A DNA stretch of 64,000 bases from Octopus bimaculoides (Eukaryota), in the NCBI RefSeq assembly GCF_001194135.2, contig NC_068995.1, forward strand, positions 36,576,460 to 36,640,459, in the 5' to 3' direction. The translations under genes were made by a program, and so were the position numbers. Shown here piece by piece: positions 1 to 12,180 of this stretch. The notes below the pieces were generated by a model. That model made no database searches, was not told the DNA's origin, and worked only from the letters and a program-made list of their open reading frames with translations. Numbering within the stretch: position 1 is the stretch's first letter; each line of letters opens with the position of its first letter.

Positions 1-310
1 ATACGGGTGACTAGGCTATAGCCAACACTGCCAGATATTTTGAGCATCTCTGCAGTGATTCCTGATGGGCCGGGGGCTTTCCCGGTCTTCATACTCTTAA
101 TTGCTTTATCTACCCTGGTACTATCAACTCGGATAGCTGGTCCCTCTATTGGGTCGACATACGGCAGGCTCTCTTTCTCCCATTCATTCTCTTTATTAAG
201 CAATCTATCGTAGTGGCATCTCCAGACCTCTTTCTTTGCATCCTCATTTAATGCAAGCGTACCATCATCCATGCGAACACATTTCTCTCCTACAACATCA
301 CTATTCTCTC
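1..310 (-). mobile_element. LINE (RTE-like) ORF2 fragment, region just upstream of/entering RT
   Basis: Minus strand reads ...KKEVWRCHYDRLLNKENEWEKESLPYVDPIEGPAIRVDSTRVDKAIKSMKTGKAPGPSGITAEMLK..., containing the KAPGPSGI motif. Confidence 0.8.
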
Positions 311-1712
311 TCCTACACTGTCTTGCAACACGAAATACCTCGACTAACAATAATTTTTATTACATAGGAACAAGGCCAGGCATACTAGCCTTAATTAATC
401 TTTCAAACATAGGCACATAACTTGAAATTAAGAGGAGTTAGTCAACATCATCAACCCCAATATTGTCTGGCAGTTCATTTTCCTAAACCTGAAAGGTAAA
501 AGGCAAAATTGACCTTGGTGGGATCTGAACTCAAAACACACAGAGCCAGAACAAATACTGCAAGGTATTTTGTCCACTGCATTAATGAGTTTGTTTATCC
601 ACTCTCCTTACTAGCCATAATAAATAGCAACACTTACAAGTTCAAAGAAACAGCACTAATAAACTTAGCTACAGGAAAATACCCATGATGAAAATGTAAA
701 ATCGTTATCTTTATTCTTGTGTTACTACAGTGCTTTCTAACAATAACCTTAAAATAGTTGTCATGCAGCAGTGTCATTGAAAAGGTTAGCTAATTAGTCA
801 CAGCAGAACTAGTTAAAGACAACAAAAGAATAATATAATGGAAAATACACAACTGGCACAAGGCCAGAAATATGTAGAGACAGTCAACTGAATTGATGCC
901 AGTACATGCAAACATGAATGTCATTTTATTGATCCAAGGAAGATGAAAGGCAATGTCAGTTCCAGCAGTATTTAAACACAAAGTAGTTAAATATTAAAAG
1001 ATGTTCAGCCTGGTGTGTTAGTATTTCTGCTACTTCACTGCCTTCAGCGAAATTTATTGTAAACAAAGGCAATGGAAACAATAAGTTACACCTGTTTACA
1101 GTGCAGTAATTTACTTAATGTTCCACTCCAATAATGAAGTAAATATTATTACATCTACTTCAACATGGTTGAGGAAAAAAAAGTAGAGCAATGTACTAGG
1201 CTTCTCATAGCATAAAAGGCCCTTAGCAAACTTTCAAACTCCATCTTTAACAATAACATTCAACATTGTAAATCTACAACTAATAAACAACCAATAAAAC
1301 AATATTTGTAAAATTCATTCTTCCTAATTTATTTTCAAATGATTTATATGTAAAGAACTTTTAGATGTTGATTTTTTTTAACTTAGAAGGTTTTACTAAT
1401 TACATAACATGAAATTAATATTTGTTTTCCGATTATAAATTTGAATATCTGCAAATGAATCGCTACAACTTGTAATTTTACAGCTAGACTTACTAACATC
1501 ATCATCCTCCTTTAATGTCCGTTTTCCAATGCTGGCATGGGTTGGACAGTTTGACCAGAGTTGGAAAGCAGGGAAGCTGCAATAGGTTCCAGTCTGATTT
1601 TGCCTCATTTCTATAGCTGCACACCCTTCCTAACGCCAACCACCTTACAGTGTGTGTTGGATGCTTTTGATGTGGCACCAGTTGAAATCACTTTTGACTG
1701 CTACCTAAGATG

Positions 1713-1759
<47 letters not shown>

Positions 1760-2697
1760 AAGTGGCATCAGTACCAGCCCAAATATCTGGACCTAATGTT
1801 AGTTTTTAAAGGGTTAGCAACTAATTAAAGTTGAAGAATTTTCTGTTATTGGGTGGGGGCACCCCTTGTCATTTGTATGCAGTTTTGGCAAATGTTTTAT
1901 AAATGAAGCTGTCGGAAAAAACTATCAAAAATTGTGAAGCTTCATCATCGTCATTTAACATCCGTTTTTCATACTGGCATGGCCTGGACGGTTTGACAGG
2001 ATCTGGTGAGTTGCAAAGTTACATTGAGCTCCAATGTCAGATATGGCAAAATTTCTGTGATTGGATGCCCATCCTGACACCAACCACTCTACAGTGTGTG
2101 CTAAGTGCTTTTTATGGTATCACTGGTATTAGTGAGGTAACCAAGTAACTTGCAAGACAGAAAAAGAACAGGAAGAAGAGAAAAGGAGGAGAAAGACAAA
2201 AAAGCCTTTGCCTTTAAGTATCAACTTTGAGAGATTTAATAGTGCTTTGGCCCTATATAGGAAGATCATCATACTCCAGGAAAAAACATTTTTGAGGTCT
2301 CTCTTCATAAAGGCAATGAGGTGTTTACAGTGGATGTTCTGGCACCTTTGTGCTGAGGTTAAGAAGGTGTGATAACTGATATCAGCTGCACAGAAGTGTG
2401 TGGTGGTGTTACAAGAGTTAATAAGAAGGTAATTGAAGTATGAAAGGGAAAATGTGTGTGAAACATAACCAAAACATTGTAAGTCAAAGGAACAGGCTGG
2501 AAAGTACAGTTCCAATGCAAACGAAACAAATGTAACTCTTACATAAGCAACACAGCTAGAAGGTTCTTAACATGGTTAACATAAGCAAGATGCTTTCATC
2601 CAAGTTCTCTATAGTGTAAGATCACTAGTGTGCGGCATAAAAGATGAAATCTCTTGTAGATTTGGTACAACAGAAGTTTTACTTGTGGTCAATGAAA

Positions 2698-2728
<31 letters not shown>

Positions 2729-5514
2729 GAGGGAGAGAGAGAGAGAGACAAGATGTTGAAGTGCTTATTTATGAACCTTGGTCATTATCCTGTACCTTCT
2801 ATATTAATGGTTTTGAACCTACGCAATAAACAAAGTTCTAAAATGCATTAAACCAATGTTCTCATTTGTTTGACTGACTATCAAGATATATAAAAACGAG
2901 ATCTACACCTTAAAAGATCCCATTAGTAGAAGTAATCAATTCCAGTAATTAATATTGAACTGACCACGGTGAAGGTGAAACACTCCCCTATTTAATTTGA
3001 CAGGCCACAACATCTGGAAAACTATTTGCTCAATCTCCTAGAACCAGCAGCCTGATTTCCCTCAAACCACCCAATCTTGAAAATATAAGGATACATTGAC
3101 TGGATAATGTAGCGTTGGTCATGGCTGGAATGCCTGTCATCATAGAGCTGCTTTATGATCAAGGTGACCTGGGCCTAAACAACAGCAGCAATTCAATGAT
3201 TTCTTATCATGGTACAAATCCACCAATTTCTTGACTCAGTATTGACTGACAGTATTCTCTTTTATCAATTCAATAAGAATAAAAGATAAAATCAGCTGTG
3301 TTAGGATTTGAACTCAAAACAAACACATCTAAATACTTAAAAGAATTCAATGCAAAACCAATTTGTTAAGATGAAAAGTTGTGATTCCTTCATATAATTG
3401 GTGCTAATTATATCTTTAGTGAAGCAATGAAAATCAATGTCAATTCAGATATTAATGCAGATATGAACTTACAGTTATTTTCAAGATAATAGAGTTGATA
3501 ACTTAAATCTAGTCCAGCTCTAATTCTGCACTATTAATCCCACTCTGATAACTTTAATAGGTGCAAGAGGAATTATATAAGAAGTACAGAGCATAAAGCT
3601 GATTCATTCAATTGCAGTATTTAGATGATACATGAGATATCAGGAGGCAAAGTTTGTCCATATTATAACTAATGCAGTTGGTTACTCAGTTTGGCTATCT
3701 GTAAGTGAGGGAAACCAGGTGTTGGGCCAGAGTGATTACAATAGAGTGAGCCTGTTAAACACACCCAAGGATCAGATGACATGTTATACCTAGAACAGTT
3801 TCCCCCAACTTTTCTTTGCACCACAGACTGGTTTCATGCAAGACAATTTACCACACTGAGCGATCATGCTCATAACAACAAAGTGCATAATATATAATTT
3901 AATTATTACATATGTAATACATATATAGTACATATATAATACATATACAATGCTTGAAAAAAAATCAACCTTGTCTTCCACCAACATTACCATGCAGTCA
4001 ATGCCACTGACACTTCTATGCAAGAATTAGTCTACATAAACATCAACAGCATAACCATAAAGGAAGTGTTCAGTAAAGAAGAAACTAAATTCTTGGATAT
4101 GAGATAAAGCTAACACTGATGATAATGCAAAACCATTCTGCAGACTACAACAGTCTATAAAATAGACAATGAAGTTTAAAATTTATTCTTTATGTGGTCC
4201 AGTACCAAATGATCCATGGCCCATTACTGGCTGGCTTGTGACCCGGTGGTTGGGTACCCCTGGCATAGAGAATATAAACAAGGGTTTTAAAGTTGTCCTG
4301 ACAACAATGATTATAATGATTATTATTTTAAATTGGGTTTATGTCCCAAATATAAAGTGAAATGTGGTGACACTCAAGACAAACAAAATCATTGTAATTG
4401 TGTATCTTTAAAGTAGAGTCAGCTTGATCAACACTAGTATATTACTGGTATCTGTTTACTTTTAATACTTTTCAGATAAATAAACAGAAGCACAACTAAA
4501 TTTGATCACAAAATTCAGAGTATAATCAGATCAACCTTAATCCTTTTACGGTAGAAATCACTTATATCCACTCAAAGTTTCATTACTCTTAAATGCAGAA
4601 AGCAGTTTTACATACCAGTCTATTTTTGGTTGAGGAATGTCATGCAATGATTCTCTGTTGGGATATTCTGATACTATTTTATTTGTTTCAGGCATTTGAC
4701 TGTGGCCATGTTGGAGCAGAGCCTTGAAGGATTTTTGTCAAACAAATCGACTCCAGGACTTTCTTTTTTAAAGCTTAGTACTTATTCTATCAGTGTCATT
4801 TGCCAAACCACTAAATTACAGGGACATAAACACACCAACACCAGTAGTTGTCAAGTGGTAATGGAGTAACAAATACAGACACACACACACAGATATATAT
4901 ATATATATATGACAGGCTTTTTTCAGTTTCCATCTACCAAATCCACTCACAGGGTTTTGGTTGGCCTGAGCTACAGTAGAAGACACTTGCCTGAAGTGTC
5001 ACGCAGTGGGACTGAATCCAGAACCATGTGGTTGGGAAGTAAGCTTCTTATCACATAGCCACACCCATGCCCATGTCAAGTTTATTGAGGCATGGTATGT
5101 GCTAGTCATTATAAATACTGTCAGTCAGTGTCAGTGAGTGAAGACAATATGAAGTAGATGGTCATAGATAGTCATGGTCTTATTTGTCTAACTATACAGC
5201 TATACTGGAGTGGGCATTATAACAGTCTGACAGAGGATTACAACAATTTTTTTGGTAGATATTTAACATTGTTACTGAAATGACCGTGAAAAGGAATTTT
5301 GCAATTAAAGGGTTATGAACAGAGCTCTAAATGTAAGAGAAATTAACCTTAAATGTAAATATATGCACAGTTTTTGTAAAGTAGCCATGCTGACATGATG
5401 GTTTGACAGGAGCTGGCCAGCAGGAGAGCTTCCCAGGCTCCAAATGTCTGTTTTGGCATGGTCTCTATGGTTGGATGGCCTTCCTAATGTCAACCACTTT
5501 AAAGAGTGTTCTGA

Positions 5515-5775
5515 GTACTTTTTACATGGCACTGATGCTTCTACATGGCATCGGCACAGGTGCCTCCACGTGGCACTGGCACAGGTGCCCTTATGCGGCA
5601 CTGGCACAAGTGTCCATGCGTGGAACTGGCACGAGTGCTCCTATGTGGCACTGGCATGAGTACTTTTACATGACACTGGCATGAGTGTTCACACATGGCA
5701 CTAGCACTAGTATTCACACATGGCATTGGCATGAGTGCTCTGTGGAACTGATATGAGTGCTTTTACCTGGCACCA
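5515..5775. repeat. Expanded degenerate ~20-bp minisatellite (TGGCACTGGCAC.AGTG...) inside a family B SINE
   Basis: About a dozen visible TGGCAC-containing units. Shorter versions at ~15960-16025 and ~58150-58235. Confidence 0.75.
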
Positions 5776-6279
5776 GTACAATCGTTATCATCATCATCAT
5801 CATCATCATTTAAACATGCACTTTTCCATGCTCACATGGATTGGACAAAATTTGTTGAGGCAAATCTTTCTATGGCTGGGTGCCTGTCCTGTTGCCAACC
5901 TCCACCTGTTTCCAAGTAAAGTAATATTTCCACACAACCAGACATGATTTTGCAGAAGATTGGAAAGTGACACTTGCATACAACTATCACAAAATGATAA
6001 CAATCAGTATAGGCACAAGGCTTGAAATTTTGGTAGGAAGGGAGTAGTTGACTGCGTCAACCCCAATGCTCAACTGTTATTTTATCAATCCCAAAAGAAT
6101 GAAAGGCAAAGTTGATCTCAGCAGCATTTGAACTCAACATGTAAAGACAGACAAAATGCTGCTAAGCATTTTGCTCAGCATGTTAATGATTCTGCTAGCT
6201 CACTAATAATGATAAAAATAACAAAAAATAGGACAAAATTTCTTTTACAAAATAAATAAAAAACAAAAAGATGACTAAC

Positions 6280-6394
6280 TGTAATTTTTTCTCCTAAGTT
6301 GCTGGAATATTCCGCTGCTTGAAAAAGATACTCCTTAACATCTTTGAAAGGATCCACAGAAGGTGATTGAGTAACTGGGATTTTGTATTGCGAT
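6280..6394 (-). CDS. OSBPL11: OSBPL10/11-like exon 8 (SQYKIPVTQSPSVDPFKDVKEYLFQAAEYSSNLGEKIT), start of helical/coiled region
   Basis: Acceptor tttctttcatttcag, donor ACA/GTTAGT, phase 2/0. Resembles the post-linker helix of ORP10/11. No convincing next exon found in 1-6279. Confidence 0.8.
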
Positions 6395-7329
6395 CTGAAA
6401 TGAAAGAAACCAATTTAGTTTGGTATAAATGACCAGTTTTTTGTTTTTTTTAATAAATAAATGTATTTTTACATCCAGGATGCAAGGATGGTATCTACAG
6501 CTTAAGATTTATCACAAAATATTACTATCTTTTATATTAAATTTTGATAGAAATCATATAAAATATTACTATATTTTATATTAAAGTCTGATTGAAATTA
6601 TATTTAAAAATATCTTTTTTTTTCATTTCAGTGTTTCGTTCTTGACATCAGTTCTTGGGAAACAAAAACACTAAGGAATGAGAATTTCAAATCCTTACTG
6701 AATATGCTTTCTATCATTAACTACTCACTGAGAGTAGAGTTTATTATTTACAAATTTAGGTAGAGTTACATATCTCACCTAGGATAAAATATTAGGTTGT
6801 CAGACAAATCAGTTTCTTTCCAATATTTGATTTAACACAAAAAAGATATTTCTATCCTAGTATCATATGGTGATATGTAGCTCTATTCTTACTCTACTAT
6901 TGGTTTTGATATCTGAATCAATTTTACATCTTTCCAGGCATATGGCAATATTGTGACAAATTGCCAAATGGGGGAAAAAAAAATTTCAGTGCTCCAGCAT
7001 GACCACAGCCCAATGACTAAAACTAGTAAAGAAAAACAACCAGCTTTTCTTCATTTTCAATCCAAGTTCCAAGGCTGTCAAAGTAACTTGAAACGTTTGT
7101 GCTGAATACGAAAGTGCTGTTACTGAAAGAACTGCACAGAGGTGATTTTCACGCTTCAAGAAAAAGAAATTTGGCTTCACGGACTCTCTACATTTCAGCC
7201 AACTTAAGTTCATTAAAGATTGACTGAATGAGCTTATCCATGATATCTGAGCTAATCCACTAAGGGATTGGCCAAACAGATAGGATGCTCTCATGATATT
7301 GCTGCCAGTTTTCTCCTTCAACACTATGC

Positions 7330-7560
7330 TATTCATGGACGTAAACAGAAATTTCTTTACTGCACCATAACTGGCGATGAAAAATGTTGTTTTACATCAG
7401 AATGAAGCAGAGGACAAAATGGCTGAGTCCTGAGAAGCAAAGCCAGAGCTGCATCTACACAAGACATTGCTCTGTGCTTGATGGGACTGGGAAGAGCTAA
7501 TCCACTAAGAAATATTTGAAAACAACCACACAGCCAATGCAGAGTACATGTTGATGATCC
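7330..7560 (+). mobile_element. Degenerate mariner transposase fragment
   Basis: Similar to 30420-30660 (HGxKQxFLY..TGDEK...WLSP...WDWE), with many indels. Confidence 0.6.
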
Positions 7561-8149
7561 AACTCAAATCTTGAAGACCAATTTTACACTTCTTTATCTT
7601 ACCATAACATGACTCAAGCCAGTTTGAAATTATCAATACACTGAATGAAATATTAACTCTTTGGAATTTAAATCATTCATTTTCAGCCTAATATTCTACC
7701 CTTTTTATGTTCAAACAGACCAGGTCTGACCTCACACATCTATCCTACAAACTTATTCAAAATAAACAACCACATCATTGAAATCTTGAAGCTACAAGAT
7801 AATATATGATTAATTCAAAACAATGTGAATAAAAAGACATTACATTCGACAGAATGCTAAAGGTTTAAGTTAGATTGACATTCCTTAAGCAAAGTAATAT
7901 ATTCTTGCAGATTAAGACACAGGGAAAACTTTCCCCAGTTAAATAGCAATTTCAGTAAGGTTCTTAATTAAAAAGTTAAAAAAAACATTAAACATCTTTT
8001 TTTGAGAAAGAAAAAAAAAAAAACCGAATTTTCTTTAGAATGGCCATAAATTTATATTCTATGAGGTCTTTTGTTGTTATCTCTAGACAATGCCCTTAAT
8101 TCTACTTGTTATAATTTACTTAAATAATAGACTTTTCTGCATGAAGTTA

Positions 8150-9365
8150 CCTGAAAAATAACAAGAGAAGACCGGCTACATACAAAACGAGATTGCCTGT
8201 ATACACTACAGATGCAGTGACAGCACCAGCCAGGTCACAGAGGTTGTAAAGTTCCTCAAGATACTTGAAATCAACAGATACCCAGCATCCATCACAAACA
8301 TGCTACATGGACACAAGCCAAAAAAATGTGGCAAGAGGAATCTCTCTAGGACCTGCTTCCTGAGGATTACTCACTTTTAATGAGAAGATCACCTCTGCCA
8401 TCCATAAGGCCACTCACAGGTAAAGCCTCAACATCCTATCAGCCCATTTGGGACTGTCCTTATGTAGACACCTGTCAACAAGGAGGTCACGCGTAGAACA
8501 GCAGCCCTGCACACTAGTAAACTGTCCTATCCAAAACACAAACAAGTGTTGCGAATATACATTGTGTACCAGATACAGTATTCCAAATACAGTGACTATT
8601 ACATCTGTAGTATGGTCTGACCATTCCACATATGACTAAAGGAACATCTTACTACAAATGCATCTTCCTTCCACAAACATTTAATCAAAAGCAGCAACAT
8701 CACTAGAGAGACAGATTGGCCACAGAGAGGAATACAGGAAATCTCCATATCAAGGAATCCTTACTGATTCACTGACTTAACCTGAAAATTTATAGTCGAT
8801 TGGAGTTGGGCCTGTGGCACCTATAAATATATTACAAACTGACCCCTACATCACTGCAACCACAACTAGCATCTTCACCTCTATGACGGTAATCAGCACT
8901 GTTGCCTATCGGCACCTTATTTGTCACTACCACAGCTTCCACTGCAATGAGAAATGTTGTTGTTGACAGCTACTACCTTGTCAATGACTATTACAAGAAC
9001 ATGCACCACCAATGCCATCACCAACTATACCAATGTAGACACCATCACTGACTACTATCACAACATTTACTGTTATTACAACCACCAACTACTACCACAG
9101 CACTCACCACCATCAACAACTGCCTTCACCACCACCACTGTCCCCAGTGTGACCTCTATGGCATGGCACCACTGTCCTCAGTGTGACCTTTAGGACACAG
9201 CACCATTAACACCATCAATTGAGAAGCTACTACTACTAGCACAAGCACAAGACTAAAACAAGGTCACTGCCCATCCAGCTATCCAAGACGACATGATCTA
9301 CATAGACACACTTTTCTTTGACTGTATCCCTCTGAAGATAGACCTTTGCACCCGAAATACAAAAG
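8150..9365 (+). mobile_element. Old Penelope-like element 3' part (GIY-YIG remnant, low-complexity ACC-rich tail)
   Basis: Degenerate RT-C/GIY-YIG-like peptide (..CPIQNTNKCCEYTLCTRYSIP..SVVWSDHSTY..) and a CTGAAGA...GAAA end motif at 9332-9357. Confidence 0.5.
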
Positions 9366-9772
9366 TTTTAAAAAAAATCTGCATAGTTAGAAGCTTTCTT
9401 CATTTTTCATTTATTATTCTAGAAGAGAAGACATTAATACTTCAGAAACATAAGTAATACACTGACCCCATGAAGCCTTGAAGACAAGCAGAAGATTTAA
9501 TGTGCTAGTTATGGTTTAGACAATCTTCAGATTTGGATTTTGCATGAATTAGAACATTTTGTAATGGAATGCCTTCTTCCTCCAAGCACCTACAGCCAAA
9601 TGACTGAGTTAAGTGAAATAATGTACCTTTACATTACACTGACTGAGTTTACATTTACACTGACTGAGTTAAGTGAAATAATGTACCTTACCTACATAAA
9701 CAGCACAAAGTTTACTGCCCATATAAAAATCATAAAGCAGTAATGAAGCTCTTCATAAATATACATACTTAC

Positions 9773-9930
9773 CTCATTGTTACAATGGTGGGTAAAGACT
9801 CCGTTGAATTGGCAAGTCGTCTGTTGTTAGCATTTAGATCACTTGGTGGCTTTCTTGATGAAGCAGAGCAATCGCTGTTTGAAGCAGACAAAACTCCATC
9901 TGTATGTCTTGTTGGAACCGGCGGAGGGTT
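9773..9930 (-). CDS. OSBPL11: OSBPL10/11-like exon 7, Ser/Pro-rich linker (NPPPVPTRHT...SLPTIVTM+AG)
   Basis: Acceptor ctgtcattcttcacag, donor GAG/GTAAGT, phase 0/2, open frame. Position matches the low-complexity linker that follows the PH domain. Confidence 0.85.
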
Positions 9931-10571
9931 CTGTGAAGAATGACAGCAAAGGCATCCACATAACATACATGAATAAGTAAATTAACACTGATCCAAGAAC
10001 AATGACACTTATTTTAGGGGACAGAATTGTTTTATAGCACTGAACTACAGGTGACAACAATGGCTTCCTTTATAAATTTCCCAGCATTCATAGCTTAAGA
10101 TAAACAAATTCAGAAATCTGATCGAGTAACATGCTTTACATCATTCCATACAGCGTTGATTATAAGCACTTTAAATAAAATATTAAGTCAATAATAATAC
10201 TAAGACAAATTATTCTACAAACTCACATCTAAACATATTCATCAAAGCATAAACAATTCATTCATGTACACACACACAGGGAAGCATTATTTGAGAAAAA
10301 GAGATTAACATAAGGATACTTTCAGTCGGATTAGTGTAATCTGAGATTAGTAAAAAAGAGAAAAACAAAAAAAAACTGAAATGCACTGATTTAAACAGTC
10401 AATCAAAAGAATGAAGAAAACTAAACTTCAGGACAATAATTCAAAAACTAATCAGAAGAATCCAAAAATATTAGAAGTCAACCCTGCACTAGTTTCTATC
10501 ATTCTTGATCAACTCAAAATTATGACATTATTTACATTTGACGAATAATTGTCCTCATCTTGTTTGTTGTT

Positions 10572-10620
10572 AACACGTTTCGGCTGATATACCCTCCAGC
10601 CTTCATCAGGTGTCTTGGGG
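10572..10620 (-). ncRNA. Hammerhead-ribozyme core of the Penelope pLTR, probably defective
   Basis: Minus-strand RNA GACAC-CUGAUGA-A-GGCUG-(10-nt loop)-CAGCC-GAAA-CGUGUU. Both core boxes and a perfect 5-bp stem II are present; the stem III/cleavage triplet appears 3 nt short. Confidence 0.6.
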
Positions 10621-10622
10621 AA

Positions 10623-10650
<28 letters not shown>

Positions 10651-10653
<3 letters not shown>

Positions 10654-10717
10654 TCACTGCCCGGAATTGAACTCGGAATTTTGGGGTTAGTAGCCCGTGC
10701 TCTTAACCACTACGTCA
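10651..10717 (-). repeat. tRNA-derived segment (Pol III A/B-box-like) inside the Penelope 3' region
   Basis: Minus strand TGACGTAGTGGTTAAGAGCACGGGCTACTAACCCC...GAGTTCAATTCC, followed by (AAT)n. Confidence 0.6.
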
Positions 10718-12121
10718 AAAGGCCGTGGGCAATTATGGAGTTAATTTTAGGGCTTATAAATCTCATATTCTCCTATCCTTCCTTAATACCGGTTCCCATA
10801 CGCTATTCATATCTGCACTCAGTCTGCTTAGGAGGTTGTTGTGTCCTAGCATATGTGCTGCTTCTTTTAGTTTTCGTATTTTCTAGTGGTGTTCTCTGTC
10901 TATTATTTTAACTTCATCCCACAGGGGGAGGTGGTCTCCATTTTTCCATACATGATCAGCTATACCCGATTTATCAATATCTCCCTGTGTCACAGCTTTG
11001 CGATGTTCCTCTACCCTTATTTTGAGGAGGCGACATGTTTTGCCTTTGTATAACCTACCATAGCTGCATGGGATGGAGTACACGCAGTGTTTGGTCATAT
11101 TCTCTTCTATTGGCGGTTTTACTTGAAGGAGATATTTGCAAAGTGTTGTATTACTCTTGAATATTGTCCTGATGTCATATGGGCCGCATATCTTTTGTAT
11201 CTTTTCGGAGAGGCCTTTCACTTAGGGTAGACAGACTGTGGACAGTTTATTGGCCTCATCCTCTCTCTTCTTCATAATTGGAGTGGATAGCATACTTTTG
11301 GGGTAGTTGTTGCTTAACGGATCGTTATTGAGCTTGATCATTTCTTTGTGATGTGTATCACAATCGCTACTTATATTCTTTGCGTGATGTTTTAGGCACT
11401 GAGCAATCCCTCTCTTTACACTGTATGGATGGTGGGAGTTGAAGTTGAGGTATCATCCAGTGAAGGTCGGCTTGCGGTATACAGATGTCCTGAATCCATA
11501 CTTGGTGCGTGTTATTAATACGTCCAGGAATGCTAGCTGATTGTCTTTTTCCTTTTCCATTGTGAACTGTATGGATGGCTTTACTGAGTTCACATGATCT
11601 AACAGCACTTGGACATCTTCCTGGTGGGACCAGAGTCTAAAGGTGTCATTAACATATCACAGCCATAGGGTTGGTTTCAGTGGTGTTAATCCTAAAGCCA
11701 AATTCTCAAAGTATTCCATGTATATATTGGCTCTTCTTGTCAATATATATTAGTGTCCATACTGAAGTAGGTAGTTTCTACACAGAAGGTCAACATTTCC
11801 ATCAAGTTTTTTATTGGTATATATCAAGTTTCTTACTGGTATATGTCTAATGTAAATAATGTACATTATTCCTCATCTCTTAAATATAGAACTGTAATAT
11901 CAAAATTATTAGTAGTAACAAAAGTACTTAGATGAACTGTATTGTATTTACAAATTGTTTCTGGATTAACAGAGTTTGATAACTTGTTGACTTCCTGTTA
12001 ACCATGATTTACATTGATTGCCTTTCAAGATAAATCACCAACACACACAGACACATATAAATATATACACTGATTGTTATCAACTGACTGACTAATAGAA
12101 CATTTGTCTTCATAACAGAGA

Positions 12122-12180
<59 letters not shown>

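Larger units (their letters stand above)
10525..11895 (-). mobile_element. Penelope-like retroelement (5'-truncated): RT C-terminus, GIY-YIG endonuclease, 3' pseudo-LTR
   Basis: Minus strand reads ANIYMEYFE..YVNDTF..QFTMEKEKDNQLAFLDVLI..VYRKPTFTG.YLNFNSHHP, then CVYSIPCSYGRLYKGKTCRLLKIRVEEH..SGIADH. Internal stops present. Confidence 0.92.

Noticed and set aside
4616-4667. Exon-like segment with GTATGT donor (YPNRESLHDIPQPKID)
   Set aside because: Purine-rich acceptor, wrong phase after exon 8 (phase 0 reads into a stop), and no ORP similarity.
5515-5775. CRISPR-like periodic array
   Set aside because: Eukaryotic context, degenerate units without unique spacers, inside a SINE. It is a minisatellite.
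10651-10717. Possible functional tRNA gene (ACT anticodon loop)
   Set aside because: Acceptor and anticodon stems pair poorly, and it is embedded in a retroelement. Treated as tRNA-derived.
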